A stretch of DNA of 64,000 nt. Source: Pavona decussata. Lineage: Eukaryota. The notes beneath the pieces are model-generated. The model searched no databases. It worked only from the letters and a program-made list of their open reading frames with translations, and had not been told where the DNA came from. Numbering within the stretch: the first letter of the stretch is position 1; each line of letters starts with the position of its first letter. The position numbers and the translations under genes were made by a program. The stretch lies in contig CDRNST010000104.1 of the NCBI GenBank assembly GCA_977016875.1, forward strand, positions 2,852,001-2,916,000. Reading direction: 5' to 3'. Shown piece by piece: positions 26,390 to 37,910 of the stretch.

Positions 26390-27830
26390 TTAACTAAAAA
26401 GCTTAAGGAGGTTCTGGATTGAATATTAATTACAATGAAAAAAGCAAAACTAACAATCAACCAATCACTAACCGAGAAATGAACAAAAATAACAAATACA
26501 GTATAGAAAGTTGATAAAGCAACTCATTATACTTATGCTTCTCTTTCAAAGAAGTCAGATTTAAATAAGACGATACGAGACTATTTTTACACTTGTTAAG
26601 ACAACGATGATAATGCCTGCGTTGATACGGATCACGCCAGTTGAGAGCCTTCAAAAATACCTCTGCAATAGTGCTCACCGCCCATTTAAAAGAAACCCGG
26701 TTTCGTGAACAATCCAGGGATGCGCAAAACATATGCACAGTACCAAAAGTAGGCACCGTCCTTAAATATATTAGTTGTTCAGGCCATCTCACCTGGAAAA
26801 AACCTCTTCACATGTCACGCCAGTGGTTTCATTATCTGAAATATCATCATCGCTATCATTTGTCGCCAGTGGTGCTGAACTATCAGCAGGGTGGACCTCG
26901 CAACTAAATTTAAATTAATTTTCAAAGCTGATTACCCGTTAAAATGTTCTTGTAGGCTTATTTTAAAGCTAGTGTTAAGGAAAAGTCTAAGGGAGCTTTC
27001 CATTTGTCAGACCTGGCTGGGCACACCGGTTAGTCCGTAAACGGAGTATATCAATTTGAAGGAATGATTCTTTGAATTCTTTAAAACAGCACATTCTGAG
27101 AAAAGTGTCAGCTATTTTGAACAAATTCCAAAAAGTAGCATATAAGCTGTCATAGGTGCATCCTGTTTGCGAAATGATCAATCAAAACTCCTAAGGGACA
27201 ACAATCCTTTAGAAAACTCTTCATTGAATCTTAACTCCAATCGAAGTTCACGTTAACCCAGGATTAGCTTAATCTGGCTTTGAACAACTACGCCCAGATG
27301 TTCCACGCGAAGGAATATGGAATATGGTGGAAACCTATCACAACACTGCACTTTTAAAACGACCAGCTCACAATAATAATTATAATTCATTCATGACAAT
27401 TATATATAACTAGTAATAATCAAAAATTTGAGAGTGCGTTTGACGTCACCAGGGTCTCTCTCATTTGCCAAGTAGGTGATGACGTCATCCGCCCCTGCAA
27501 AATCTGCGATGGGTGCCAGATACGCTTCCCAAGATCTATTCATTCACGGAATCAATGTTGTCCCATACAATCTCGACTCCAATCTGTATCACTGAAGAGT
27601 GCCGCCTTCTTACGTACTACACTGTACGTCGAACGCAAAAATTTAGGCCCAACAAAATCTCAGTTTTCTTGTGAACTTGGCCAACTTTTTAGGATGCAAC
27701 AGGTCTCAGTGCAAGAGAGCCCTTGAAACAAACCACTTCTTGTTTTTTGGGGGTTACAGCGTTTTCTGCAAGAAATTGTGGAAGGGCATACAAAAACTGC
27801 ATCTGGTAAAAAAAAAATTGCATCAGCCCT
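25740..27830 (+). repeat. Local ~290-bp direct duplication (~25740-26030 and ~27540-27830)
   Basis: aatcaatgttgtcccatacaatctcgactccaatctgtatcactgaagagtgccgccttct...gcatcagccctcc occurs twice. Confidence 0.8.
26322..26385. repeat. (ATT)n microsatellite, ~21 units
   Basis: Direct reading. Absent from the parental intron at ~51260. Confidence 0.95.
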
Positions 27831-29357
27831 CCCCCCTCTAATAAATGGCAGGTCCCTAACCGTAAGAAGGTTCAAGCAGCAGTTTCTAGCTTTGCGTTAT
27901 GTTCTGAGTAGCCGTTCCTCGAATCAGTCATATAATACCGTTCACGTTTTCAAACCTGTGGACGAACTACTTTAGGTATAACCGTTCTACTGAGTGACCC
28001 ACGAGTTTCTCCCGTCTGCACTCGTAACTCAGTCGGTAGAGTAACGGTAATCAAATCCGGAGGTAATTGCTTCGAAGGTCAAATGTTTGTTTTCTTTGCC
28101 TTGAACGGTCTCCCATTTCCTTACAAGGGCGAACACTCAGTGGGAAATTCATAGGTTCACTTAGCACTACAACAAACACAGTAGAGTTCATTTTCTGGTC
28201 CATCATTTTCCCCTAAGGATGTTTATTAAGCTCTTCAGGGAGGTTTAATATCACTTTTCAGTATATTATAGAAATCCCGAAATGTAAAGGTAAAGGTAAA
28301 ATCTTTATTTAGACACGGTGTTTCCTTCAGGACTATACAATATTTAATTTAAAATCTAACTACCTAACTAACTAAGATTAATGTTGTAAATAGCTACTAC
28401 AATAAGAGAAATCAAAAAACCTGCTTTACAAGGAAACCATGTATAAAAACAAAATAATATTAAATAAGACTACTGCCAAAATCATGATTCTTCAGCTTAG
28501 ATTTAAATTCATTAAGAGACAGCGACTTTCGAATATTCAAGGACAGACTATTCCACAGTACAACTCCGCTGTAAGACAGACTTCTTTTACAATAATTAGT
28601 GCGGGGCTGTGTGACCATTTAGATGAAAAGGACAAAACAGTTCTTTTCTGAATTGCTCTGTATTATTCCCTTAATACTTGCGGTTCTAACTTAGGTGTAA
28701 ATATTTAGGTGTCACCATTGAAATGATAGTTTCTAAGTGGTACTGACCCAGCTTCTTGTGGTGCCACTAACAAAAAAAAATTGAAGAACGCGCCGGGAAT
28801 TTTTCCAGCACAATCAGTCCACACCTATGGCTGTGGGATGAAAAGGTGTTTTATCAACTTTGTATCATTTACTCGTTTATTCACTGATTTTCATTAATTT
28901 CCAGTTCCGATTTTTTTTTTCTGATACAATAAATTACGCAAAACTTTTGGGATCAAAGCGAATCATCCTCAGCCATAGAGTTCCCAGGGTCAACAAAAGG
29001 CGGAAACAGAAAAGCTACGGAAAACGCTTTTTCAAGGAGCAAAAAGTGGAAGAAAAAAATGGCATCATGGTCTGTATAAGAAAGGCACACAGCGGTGGAC
29101 GCCACCAACTGAGAGGTAACCTGGATAAGAGTTTTATTTCAATTTATTTTCTCCTCTAAGCTTTCGCCGATCGCCCCACCCCGCTGCTCTCGCCCGATGA
29201 AGAGAAACCGGCCGCGTAAAATACAAGTGTTTCTAAGATCTCTCACAAATGTGTCTCCACAAGTAGACTTAACAAAGCCGGAAATCGAAACGTAACTGAA
29301 TATTTGGGCGTTTCTACTGGATGTTAAGTAGTGTCAAAATTCTAAAGAAACACACAT

Positions 29358-29870
29358 TACGGTATGGAGGTGGAATTGGGACAAAAATGTAATTGAATCG
29401 AGTTTCATGCCATTGGACCATTAACGCCATGCCACCGAATCATACATCATTCTATCCGACAATACACTTTATGTCATTGGATCGGACTTCATTTCATTCT
29501 ATCGGATTATACACGTCATGTCATTGGATCGGACTTAATGTCATTGAATCAGAAACGTCATTCCATCGGGCCAGCGGCTTACTGAAAAACGTTTGTTTCC
29601 CAGAGTGCTTTTCCAGATACGTAACAGCAAATATGGCGGCTCACCTGCAGGGTCAACATCGAACAGCACAAGAACTTATAGAAAGCAACGTAAAAACGGT
29701 ACTTCTTGATGTTATGAATCAACTGGCTTGCAATGCAGATCTTGATTATGGCTTGTATAAGGTGGAGTGGTTATGCTCGCTGGTTTTGAGGCGTGGGCGA
29801 ACGTTTGAAGCAGCTCTCCTTCCAAAGTTACGTCAAGCCCATAATCTCATTTCACTTATCAGGATAATAA
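29358..29870 (+). mobile_element. Possible left end of a DNA transposon (IS3EU-like)
   Basis: TAYGG start, a run of short tcattggatcgga-type subterminal repeats (~29400-29570), then a truncated coding-like frame MAAHLQGQ... (29632-29870). Confidence 0.3.
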
Positions 29871-29969
29871 TAGAAATGACAGGCCTGCATGGCTCACTGC
29901 GTTATGTGGTGTACATTTTTATGAACGCTGCCTTTATATTTTTGCCCTAACGAGCATGTCCTTAAGAGA

Positions 29970-30620
29970 TTGTATTTTGTGGACAAATTACTTCAGCCCA
30001 TCGCACAAAAACAGAAATCGTATCTAAAAGATACAACGGATTTCGTAAACTTCATAGAAAAGACAAAGGTCTTTCAAGATACTATCTTAGTATCAATGGA
30101 TGTAACAAGCTTGCTAACAAATTTCATCCTACTATTAAATTTACGGCCGAAATTTCAGAGAACGAGACAAGCTTTCTCGACACAATAATTTTTAAAGGAG
30201 AACGTTTCAGAAATGAATCGATCCTTGACATCTGTACACATTACAAGCCTACTGAAACCTTTCAGTATACACATTTTACCTCGAGCCATCCCTTGGGTGT
30301 TAAAATAGGTTTTATTAAAGGCGAAGCACTCAGACTACTGAGAACAAATTTTTCTGAAACAAAGTTCGAAAAAAGTATCTCCAAATTTAAATCGCGCCTC
30401 ATAGCGCGCGGATACCCCCACAAGATGATACAGACAACGTTATCAGAAGTCAACTTCGCCGGAAGACAGTCGTTTTTTTAAAAGGGTTATCCAGTGAGCA
30501 GCACTTCTGCGAACTACTTGTGTAGTAAAACTTTTTTTATTTTCTCCTACGCGTTTCGTGTGACTAGCGCACACTTCATCATGGAGTTGTACAATACTAA
30601 CAAGTATGCCTATATTTATA
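29970..30620 (+). mobile_element. Deleted Penelope-like element: RT fragments plus an inverted pseudo-LTR with a mutated hammerhead
   Basis: LQPIAQKQKSYLKDTTDF...VSMDVTSL joined directly to ANKFHPTIKFT...FLDT...HYKPTETFQY...SHPLGVKIGFIKGEALRLLR...RGYP, so the catalytic YxDD region is deleted. Minus-strand hammerhead at 30544-30586 has ATGATGA in place of CTGATGA. Confidence 0.85.
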
Positions 30621-30879
30621 CCTAGCACAAATTAAGCAATGATAACTAATTAAAGTTCGCTACAGTTGTCGTTTAGCAGTCGAGCCACCACGACCTTCTA
30701 CCTCCCCATTACAGTAATTACTCTATGTTACTCCGTGTAACCTCATGTTCTTTTATCCCAATGCATCCATTCATTAATATAATCTCGGTACTAGTTCCCA
30801 ATGCCCGTCGTAATACAGAGAGGTTTAGCCTTATAACTGTTTTGTTTTTGTTTCCTTTTGTTCTGCATTTCAAGACTAC

Positions 30880-31170
30880 GTTCGGGGGTAAGGGGTCCCG
30901 GTGGAGTACACTGAGGCAACCAGGTGTACTTCGTAAATGCTGGGAAATACCCACCGTGTCATAGCTATAGGCTCTGCCGCCAAGTCGGCTTTCGCATGTC
31001 CTTGTCATAATCCTGGTGATGCAGGCCCAGTCTGCAGCTGAGCGACAACGGCATAAGGCGAGTATCCAGCGCCTTTATAAGTAACGAGATATAGTGGCTA
31101 AGTGAAGATCACCCTAACAGAAAACCCTGGCCCCCCAGGTTTGGGGTTAGACATGGGGCCAATCCCTGGT
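30880..31170 (+). mobile_element. Probable 5' UTR remnant of an RTE-type non-LTR element
   Basis: GC-rich structured segment ending ccctggccccccaggtttggggttagacatggggccaatccc, resembling the conserved motif upstream of RTE ORFs. No ORF follows. Confidence 0.35.
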
Positions 31171-33355
31171 TACGGTAACCGAAAATTCTTCAAACAAGCA
31201 ATGTTACATCGGGAGCAGCACAACTACCTGCCTGACTCCAAATGATGACTTTTGGGTTTTGTGTCGTGCAGTGAAACGGCAGTGGTTGCACGTGACCGAA
31301 TGGCATGGCGAAGAAGAATTTTCGGCCCATTTCCCTCCTTGAGGACAAGAAAATAAGTCAAGTCGAGTCAAGACTGGGATTCAATGCTCAGAAAAAAAAT
31401 GCAATCCACAACTGAGTCGTGTCATAGAAATGACTCCCTTACCATAAGGTTTTCGTGCAAAATAAGAAATGAACCATAGTAATAATACAAAATCCCCACG
31501 ACTACGAAAAAAATTTACAAAAAAATTCAGAAATAAGAAGCCTTTATCTGCTTGCTTCGTTCTGTCCCCCTCCAGTCCCCAATCTAATGTATATCCCAGA
31601 CTGTTTGTCATCCAACAAAGCAGCATTTGTTCCTTCATAAGTACGTTACCATGCAAACAACAGATTGGGTTTCAAGTTTCCCGTCTTTCTAAGAAATCTC
31701 GTGACTTTGACAACTTTGAAGATCACCTCACACTGTAGAGCACGGGGCTGATTTTCATTTCAGTGGTCGCAATTTTCTTACTTGGCACGATAAGCAAATC
31801 AAATTAGTCTTTGGTTAAAACAGCGACCAAAATTGTTTCCTAAATTGTGCAGACAAGGGAAAGAAAGCTGAGATTCAGTCGCACGAGTGACTTCTGGCTC
31901 GCTTGCAGAAACAGCTTCACCACAGGTAGGCCTCTTTAATCGACTTTATTTCTTCTTTTAGATACTATTTCCTTTGTCGCAAATCATACTGTTCTTTTTT
32001 CAATCCCTGGTGATATTTATTTATCAACCCTTGAGAGCTGAAGGAATAAAAAAGCAGAAGTGTACTTCAAGATTTCAGACGACGCTCGCTCGACACACGC
32101 AAAAGAAATATTGCTCATTGGTACCTCGCAAAGCAAATCAAAGACTTAAGCGATCCTCAGTCATGGCGCTGTGAATAATATGCCATAATTTCAGATGAAT
32201 TTTATTAATTTTTCAGAGTTTATGAAGGCAGATTTGGGTTTCCACTCCGATCCACGATCGACTGACTTCAGCTTGTGGGGCGTCTCCCTAATCTGTGGTC
32301 AGTATTGCGACATTTCAGGTTTGTTTCAATTCTTGATACCGATCTTGGACATACATAACTTATACCTTCACTAACACAAGCGTGCCCACTGAACAGCTTT
32401 CATCGGTTCTAAGATCGATCGTGATTTGTGCAATTTTAGTAGCTATGAACGGAACTCAACTCTTGTTTATCAGTAAACGCATTTCATAAAAGAATGCGTG
32501 ACCACAAAACACGTCATTTGCATTGACACAAATTTGAATCTGTTTGTCATCTTGAGACTTTTCCACACGAATGATTCTTCCAATGTAGTGATTGCTTGTA
32601 ATGTTTGCCTGCATGGCTGATCGAGAAAAGATATTTTGTTTATGTCCTGAAATGTATTAGTTAGAAATTAAGTGATCCGAAGACCACAATTTTCAGTCAT
32701 TCGCTTATCTTGGTGTCAAAGAATCATATCGAAGCTCCTTATCTGAAAACAACTGATTTTTCTTCTGAAACGTCTACACTAGCTTTTTCAAGACTCAAGT
32801 TTAATGAGTTTCATTTATAAAATTTACAGCCTCCATTTATTATGATTTGGTTTCTCAGTGCAGTTTTAGAAAGGATAATTTTCATGTTGTTTTTAAGGTA
32901 AAGATTTGAATAATCCTCCAAACGTTCAAATGTTTGAATCGCCTTGTTTATCATGAAAAACACTTTCACAGGAAAGCACTGTTCCTTAGCTGTCCCTTGA
33001 GTGATCACCCTTTAGCATTTCCTCCAAGCAGTTAAAAGGTCCATCACCCTGTTAACCGAACACAGTTGTAAATCAGGTCTTCTTATCTAGTGGGCTCTGG
33101 ATCAAAACATGATGAGGTGGGACAGTGGCTGAACTAAAAGTGTGCCAGAATTTTAACAACTTTGGATGTCTGACCTCACTTTATATCACACAAAATAGGC
33201 GACAGGCAGGTTTTTCACTTAGAACAGCCACTGTAACACAATGTACAGTGCCACCAGAAAGTACTGCATGTTAGATAACCCACTGTGACCACTGTTGAAG
33301 ATTTCACTTGCCAAAATTAAACTTAAACTACATTATGAGATGTAAGATAACATAC

Positions 33356-33508
33356 TGTTGTGTTTAAGGGCCGCAGGGTGACACTAAGTCAGACACAAAG
33401 TCACTAAGACACACTAAGGTCCGCCATTATGGTTTCTATATTCAACAACAACTCCTTAATTACATTCCCGGATGTAAACGTGTCTTTACTCGTACCCAGT
33501 ACACCACA
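33356..33508 (-). repeat. 3' LTR
   Basis: Identical to 37758-37910 by direct comparison. Confidence 0.97.
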
Positions 33509-33716
33509 ATCTCTCCTTTTCTCGAGTAACAACTTCTAACATGCCATAAAACTGATCAATGCGAAGGACTTAGTTCAACTTGTAAACAACTAAGCATACT
33601 AGAAACAATGTTCATCAAAAGAGTTCAAGCTCTGTCTTAAACAGTTCAATATCAACAAAATCACTAATGCAAAACAAGTCAAGGTCTCTTGTTTTTCTAA
33701 ACAGTTCATCAAAAGA

Positions 33717-36700
33717 TCAATCCAGAACATAGTCATCGAGGCGCCTGGGAGGCCGACTAACTCTCCCCGAACGACGTGGCGTGACTGCTGCTTCCTGAGG
33801 CACCTGCCCTTCAGGTGGACGGTCCACTGGTTCTGGTATCAGGGTTTCCTCAGTTGGTTCTGGTTCCTGTTCTTTACTGGGTTCAACATCTGGAGTCACA
33901 AGTGGTTTTACGTGTTGTAGATTCCTTCTGTATTCGACTCCATGGGGTGACTTCAGAACAACCTGATCACCATGACATTCCGTAACTTTGTAAGGTTCAG
34001 TTTCATACGATGGTGACAATTTGTTCTCCTTCCTTCTTTCCAGCAGTACAGCATCTCCTACATTGACAGCTCTGTCTTTTGCATGATTTCTCCTGTCAGC
34101 ATAGTCTTTGGCTAGCTGTTTTCTTTCTGCATCACGATCTCTGACTTGTTGGTAGACCACATCACTCTGTTTTTCAGCAACTTCTGTTAGCTCTGGTAGC
34201 TTGGTTGTCAACTTTCTCTTGAAAAACAGCTCAGCTGGGCTTACTCCTGTGGTGGTGTGGTTGGTCGATCGGTAAGCCAGCAAGAACTTGTTGAGTTCGG
34301 CTTGCCAATTTTTTCCTTCAGCGTGGAAAACTCTCATGGCTTTGAGAAGAGACCGGTTTTCTCGTTCCACCTCACCGTTGGCTCTTGGCCACAAAGGCGT
34401 TGTGTGATGATGAATGATGCCCATTTCCTCTAGGTATTTCTCCATCTCTTCAGACACAAGATTTGAACCATTATCAGTTCTCAAGCCAACTGGTACACCA
34501 TACCGAGCAAAATGGCTGTCTAGGCATTTGATAATTGTGGCACTTGTCGTTGAGTAGATAACATCTACCTCCATCCATCTAGAGAAATAGTCAACCGTTA
34601 CTAATAAATACTCTCCTCCAGGCAATGGTCCTAACAAATCCAAAGCTACTTCCTGCCAGGCTCCATCAGGTAGTCTTGTGGGCTTAACTGGTGGGGGTGG
34701 AACATGCTTGGTTACTAGCTGACACCCGAAGCATTCTCTACATTTCTTCTCTGCTTGCTTGTCAATTCCTGGCCACCACACCTTTGATCTTGGACGCTCT
34801 TTGGTCTTAACAATCCCCTGATGCCCCTCATGAGCCAGGTCAAGCACTCTCTTCTGTAATTCTCTTGGGACAACAATCCTTGTTCCCCGCAATACAATCT
34901 GGCCGACGTTGGTCAACTCATTGCGCACCATCACAAAGGCTTTCGGTGCTTTCTCCCAATCCCCACTCTGCAAGCACTCACGCACGACTTTCAACTCTTC
35001 ATCTTCAAATGAAACTGTTTCTATCTCCTCTATTCTGAGGGCTGCAGGTACTGCTTGGAGGGTAATTGCGCGTACATATTCTTCATCATGAACATAGCCA
35101 CGGGATGCTGGTACCTTTGTTAGCCGAGAAAGGGCATCTGCTATGTTTTCCCTGGACGGCACATAGATCACTTTGTAGTTAAAGGGCTGCAGACGCAATA
35201 CCCATCGCTCAATGCGTGCAGATGGCTTTGATCTTGGACCATAAATGGTTTTCAGTGCTTGATGGTCAGTCACTAAGTCAAACTCAGGTAGACCACACAA
35301 ATATAAATTAAACCTTTCACAGGCCCAAACAAGTGCCAAAGCTTCTTTTTCGGTTTGGCTGTACCGACGTTCAGTGTCACTAAGGCTTCTACTAGCATAA
35401 CATACAGCGCGGCTCTGCCCCTTTACTTCCTGCACCAGAACAGCACCAAGGCCGACAGGGCTGGCATCCGCTATCACTCTTGTGTGCGCATCTCTATCAA
35501 AGTAGGCTAGCATCGACGCTCCTGCAAGTTTCTGTTTAAGTGTTTGAAAAGCTTGCTCCTCTTCCTCATTCCACTCAAACTTTTCTCCCTTCCTAGTGAG
35601 TGCTCTAAGAGGTTCAGCTACAGTCGCGAAATCTGGGATAAATCTTGCGCTGAACCCAACCAACCCCAGGAAGCTTCTCACCTCCGAGGGCGAGGTAGGA
35701 CGGCTCGCCTCCACAACCGCTCGCACTTTCTCCTCGGTGGGCCCAATGCCATGCTGAGAAAGAATAATTCCCATGAAAACCACTTTACTCATTCTGAAGG
35801 TACACTTTTCTCCACTTAAGGTAAGGTTCTTCTCTTCTAGCTTTGCTAGTAGCTTGTGCAGGTTTTGGTCATGCTCTGCGATGGTCTTACCATGGACAAT
35901 CAAGTCGTCGGCAATGTTGACAACTCCCTCTACATCTGCAATAATCTGACGGATAACATGCTGAAACTTCTCGGGTGCGGCATTCACACCAAAGCTTAGC
36001 CTTTTGTACCGGAACAACCCCTCGTGTGTAATGAAAGTGGTTATGTCCCTTGAGTCTTCATGCAGCTCTATTTGGTGGAAACCACAGCGCAGGTCTAGCT
36101 TGGAGAAGACAGTGCTACCATTTAACTCCTCAAGCACTTCATCAATGGTAGGAATAGGCAACCTTTCTCGAATGATAGCCTCGTTAGCACAGCGCATATC
36201 CACACAAAGTCTTATTTCACCTGACTGCTTGGGTGCTACAACAACCGGGCTCGCCCAAGTGGTAGGGCCTTCTACTTTCTCTATGATATCTTCCTTCAAC
36301 AGTTCTCCTATCTTAGCAGTCACCTTTTCACGAAGTGCAAATGGAACCCGCCTCAACTTTTGTGCCACAGGAGGTACGTTAGGGTTAACATGCAGTTTCA
36401 ATTGGAAATCACTCAGTTTTCCAATCCCCTCAAACACTTTAGGATACTTTGCCTTAAGCTGGTCAGCAATGTCACCTTGGACCTCATTACAGCTGGTACC
36501 TCTCGGTGCAACAGGTGGTCCAATGTGAAGAACACCCAGTTCCCTTGCTGTCACATTTCCCAGAATGCACCTCCCCCGCCTGACTAGGATAAACTTGGTG
36601 GTTACTTTGGTATCCCCAGTGGAAATTTCAGCCTCAAATTGGCCAATCACATCAACTTTCTTCCCCCCATAAGCAAACAATTTCTTTGAGCAATGTTCAA

Positions 36701-37745
36701 TGTCCCCTTTAAAGCCTAAACCCTTCAACTTTTGAAAATCATCTTCCCCCATCAAATTGCTCACTGACCCTGAATCAATCAACACTTCCATCACAATTCC
36801 ACTGATACTCACATCCATTGTAGGCTCACTTGCAACTGACACCATACAAACTTCTTCTCCTTCCTCAGCTACATAAAATGCAAACGCTGGGTTTTCGTCC
36901 AGTCTAATCTCTTCCTCTGAACAGCCTCCAACATGATTTGTCTGACGGGCCGACCTTCTATTATTGTGGCTGGTTCCCTTTGGACGACTCTCTCTATCTC
37001 TTGCAGGTGAAGGTCGAACGTTACCTCTGCACAACGCCGCAAAATGGCCGTACCTGGAGCACTTAGCACATTTTCTCCCTTTTGCCGGACAGCACGAATC
37101 GCGTGAAAAATGTCCACTTTTCCCACAGCTATAACAAATTTTCTCGCCGTGATCTGCTGTCTTCTCTCCTTTTTTCCGTATGGCGTTGACGTCGCTTCCC
37201 CCCGCCATGTACTTCATTTGTTGCCCAGCCGCTTCCGAAGCTCTCGCTTTCTCCAACACGACTGCTAAAGTGATATTTCTCGTTTCCAACAACTTCTTCT
37301 TTAGCTCTCGGTCGGTCAACTTTTCAATCAACTGGTCCCTCAAATTATCATCCAGCGAAGTACCGAAATTGCAATGCCTAGCTTGTTGGCGAAGACGCAC
37401 AACGAACTTATCCACAGGTTCTCCTTCAGTCGGCGCCAATTGACGGAACACGTGGCGTTCGAATGGCACATTCTCTTCGGTACGAAAATGGTTATCCAGT
37501 TTCCTGATACAAACGGCGTACGGATCATCATTGCCAGTAGGATCGGGGTCTACAAGATCTTCAAAGATATCCTGGACTTCCATTCCAGCGAAATGCAGAA
37601 GCTGCGAAGTTTTCTTTCGCGTGTTTTCCAAACCTTTTCCTTCAGCATAATACTCGAATGCCCGTTTCCACTTTCGCCATTTGTTTGCAACTTGTGATGA
37701 TGATCCCGATAGATCCAGCGGCGGTAAAGTTTTTTCGTTCGCCAT
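33717..37745 (-). CDS. Gag-Pol polyprotein (zinc knuckles, protease, RT, RNase H, integrase)
   Basis: CYSCGKSGH and CAKCSRYGHFAALC knuckles; LIDSGS protease; LDLRCGFHQ and NIADDLIV RT; DASPVG RNase H; H-H-C-C and D-D-E (DLLG, TDNG, NGEVER) integrase in Gypsy order. First ATG is at 37745; the ORF-track start at 37757 is TTG. Confidence 0.95.
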   Translation of the reverse strand: MANEKTLPPLDLSGSSSQVANKWRKWKRAFEYYAEGKGLENTRKKTSQLLHFAGMEVQDIFEDLVDPDPTGNDDPYAVCIRKLDNHFRTEENVPFERHVFRQLAPTEGEPVDKFVVRLRQQARHCNFGTSLDDNLRDQLIEKLTDRELKKKLLETRNITLAVVLEKARASEAAGQQMKYMAGGSDVNAIRKKGEKTADHGEKICYSCGKSGHFSRDSCCPAKGRKCAKCSRYGHFAALCRGNVRPSPARDRESRPKGTSHNNRRSARQTNHVGGCSEEEIRLDENPAFAFYVAEEGEEVCMVSVASEPTMDVSISGIVMEVLIDSGSVSNLMGEDDFQKLKGLGFKGDIEHCSKKLFAYGGKKVDVIGQFEAEISTGDTKVTTKFILVRRGRCILGNVTARELGVLHIGPPVAPRGTSCNEVQGDIADQLKAKYPKVFEGIGKLSDFQLKLHVNPNVPPVAQKLRRVPFALREKVTAKIGELLKEDIIEKVEGPTTWASPVVVAPKQSGEIRLCVDMRCANEAIIRERLPIPTIDEVLEELNGSTVFSKLDLRCGFHQIELHEDSRDITTFITHEGLFRYKRLSFGVNAAPEKFQHVIRQIIADVEGVVNIADDLIVHGKTIAEHDQNLHKLLAKLEEKNLTLSGEKCTFRMSKVVFMGIILSQHGIGPTEEKVRAVVEASRPTSPSEVRSFLGLVGFSARFIPDFATVAEPLRALTRKGEKFEWNEEEEQAFQTLKQKLAGASMLAYFDRDAHTRVIADASPVGLGAVLVQEVKGQSRAVCYASRSLSDTERRYSQTEKEALALVWACERFNLYLCGLPEFDLVTDHQALKTIYGPRSKPSARIERWVLRLQPFNYKVIYVPSRENIADALSRLTKVPASRGYVHDEEYVRAITLQAVPAALRIEEIETVSFEDEELKVVRECLQSGDWEKAPKAFVMVRNELTNVGQIVLRGTRIVVPRELQKRVLDLAHEGHQGIVKTKERPRSKVWWPGIDKQAEKKCRECFGCQLVTKHVPPPPVKPTRLPDGAWQEVALDLLGPLPGGEYLLVTVDYFSRWMEVDVIYSTTSATIIKCLDSHFARYGVPVGLRTDNGSNLVSEEMEKYLEEMGIIHHHTTPLWPRANGEVERENRSLLKAMRVFHAEGKNWQAELNKFLLAYRSTNHTTTGVSPAELFFKRKLTTKLPELTEVAEKQSDVVYQQVRDRDAERKQLAKDYADRRNHAKDRAVNVGDAVLLERRKENKLSPSYETEPYKVTECHGDQVVLKSPHGVEYRRNLQHVKPLVTPDVEPSKEQEPEPTEETLIPEPVDRPPEGQVPQEAAVTPRRSGRVSRPPRRLDDYVLD

Positions 37746-37757
37746 CCTCGTCGCCAA

Positions 37758-37910
37758 TGTTGTGTTTAAGGGCCGCAGGGTGACACTAAGTCAGACACAA
37801 AGTCACTAAGACACACTAAGGTCCGCCATTATGGTTTCTATATTCAACAACAACTCCTTAATTACATTCCCGGATGTAAACGTGTCTTTACTCGTACCCA
37901 GTACACCACA
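37758..37910 (-). repeat. 5' LTR
   Basis: Identical to 33356-33508 and followed by the PBS on the minus strand. Confidence 0.97.

Larger units (their letters stand above)
24397..26903 (-). pseudogene. Duplicated last four exons of the PPP6R3-like gene (26793-26903, 26231-26285, 25366-25493, and 24397-24959 split by a LINE)
   Basis: High identity to exons 51768-51878, 51166-51220, 50520-50647 and 50068-50125; the first three have identical lengths and intact splice sites. No upstream exons. The terminal exon is disrupted. Confidence 0.85.
33356..37910 (-). mobile_element. Full-length, recently inserted Ty3/Gypsy LTR retrotransposon (Mag-like organisation)
   Basis: Identical 153-bp TG..CA LTRs; 5-bp TSD CATAC (33351-33355, 37911-37915); PBS TGGCGACGAGGATGG (37756-37742); PPT AAAAGGAGAGAT (33520-33509); single gag-pol ORF. 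Confidence 0.97.

Noticed and set aside
29400-29570. Short spaced repeats as a CRISPR-like array
   Set aside because: Degenerate, irregular, no unique spacers or cas genes, eukaryotic context.
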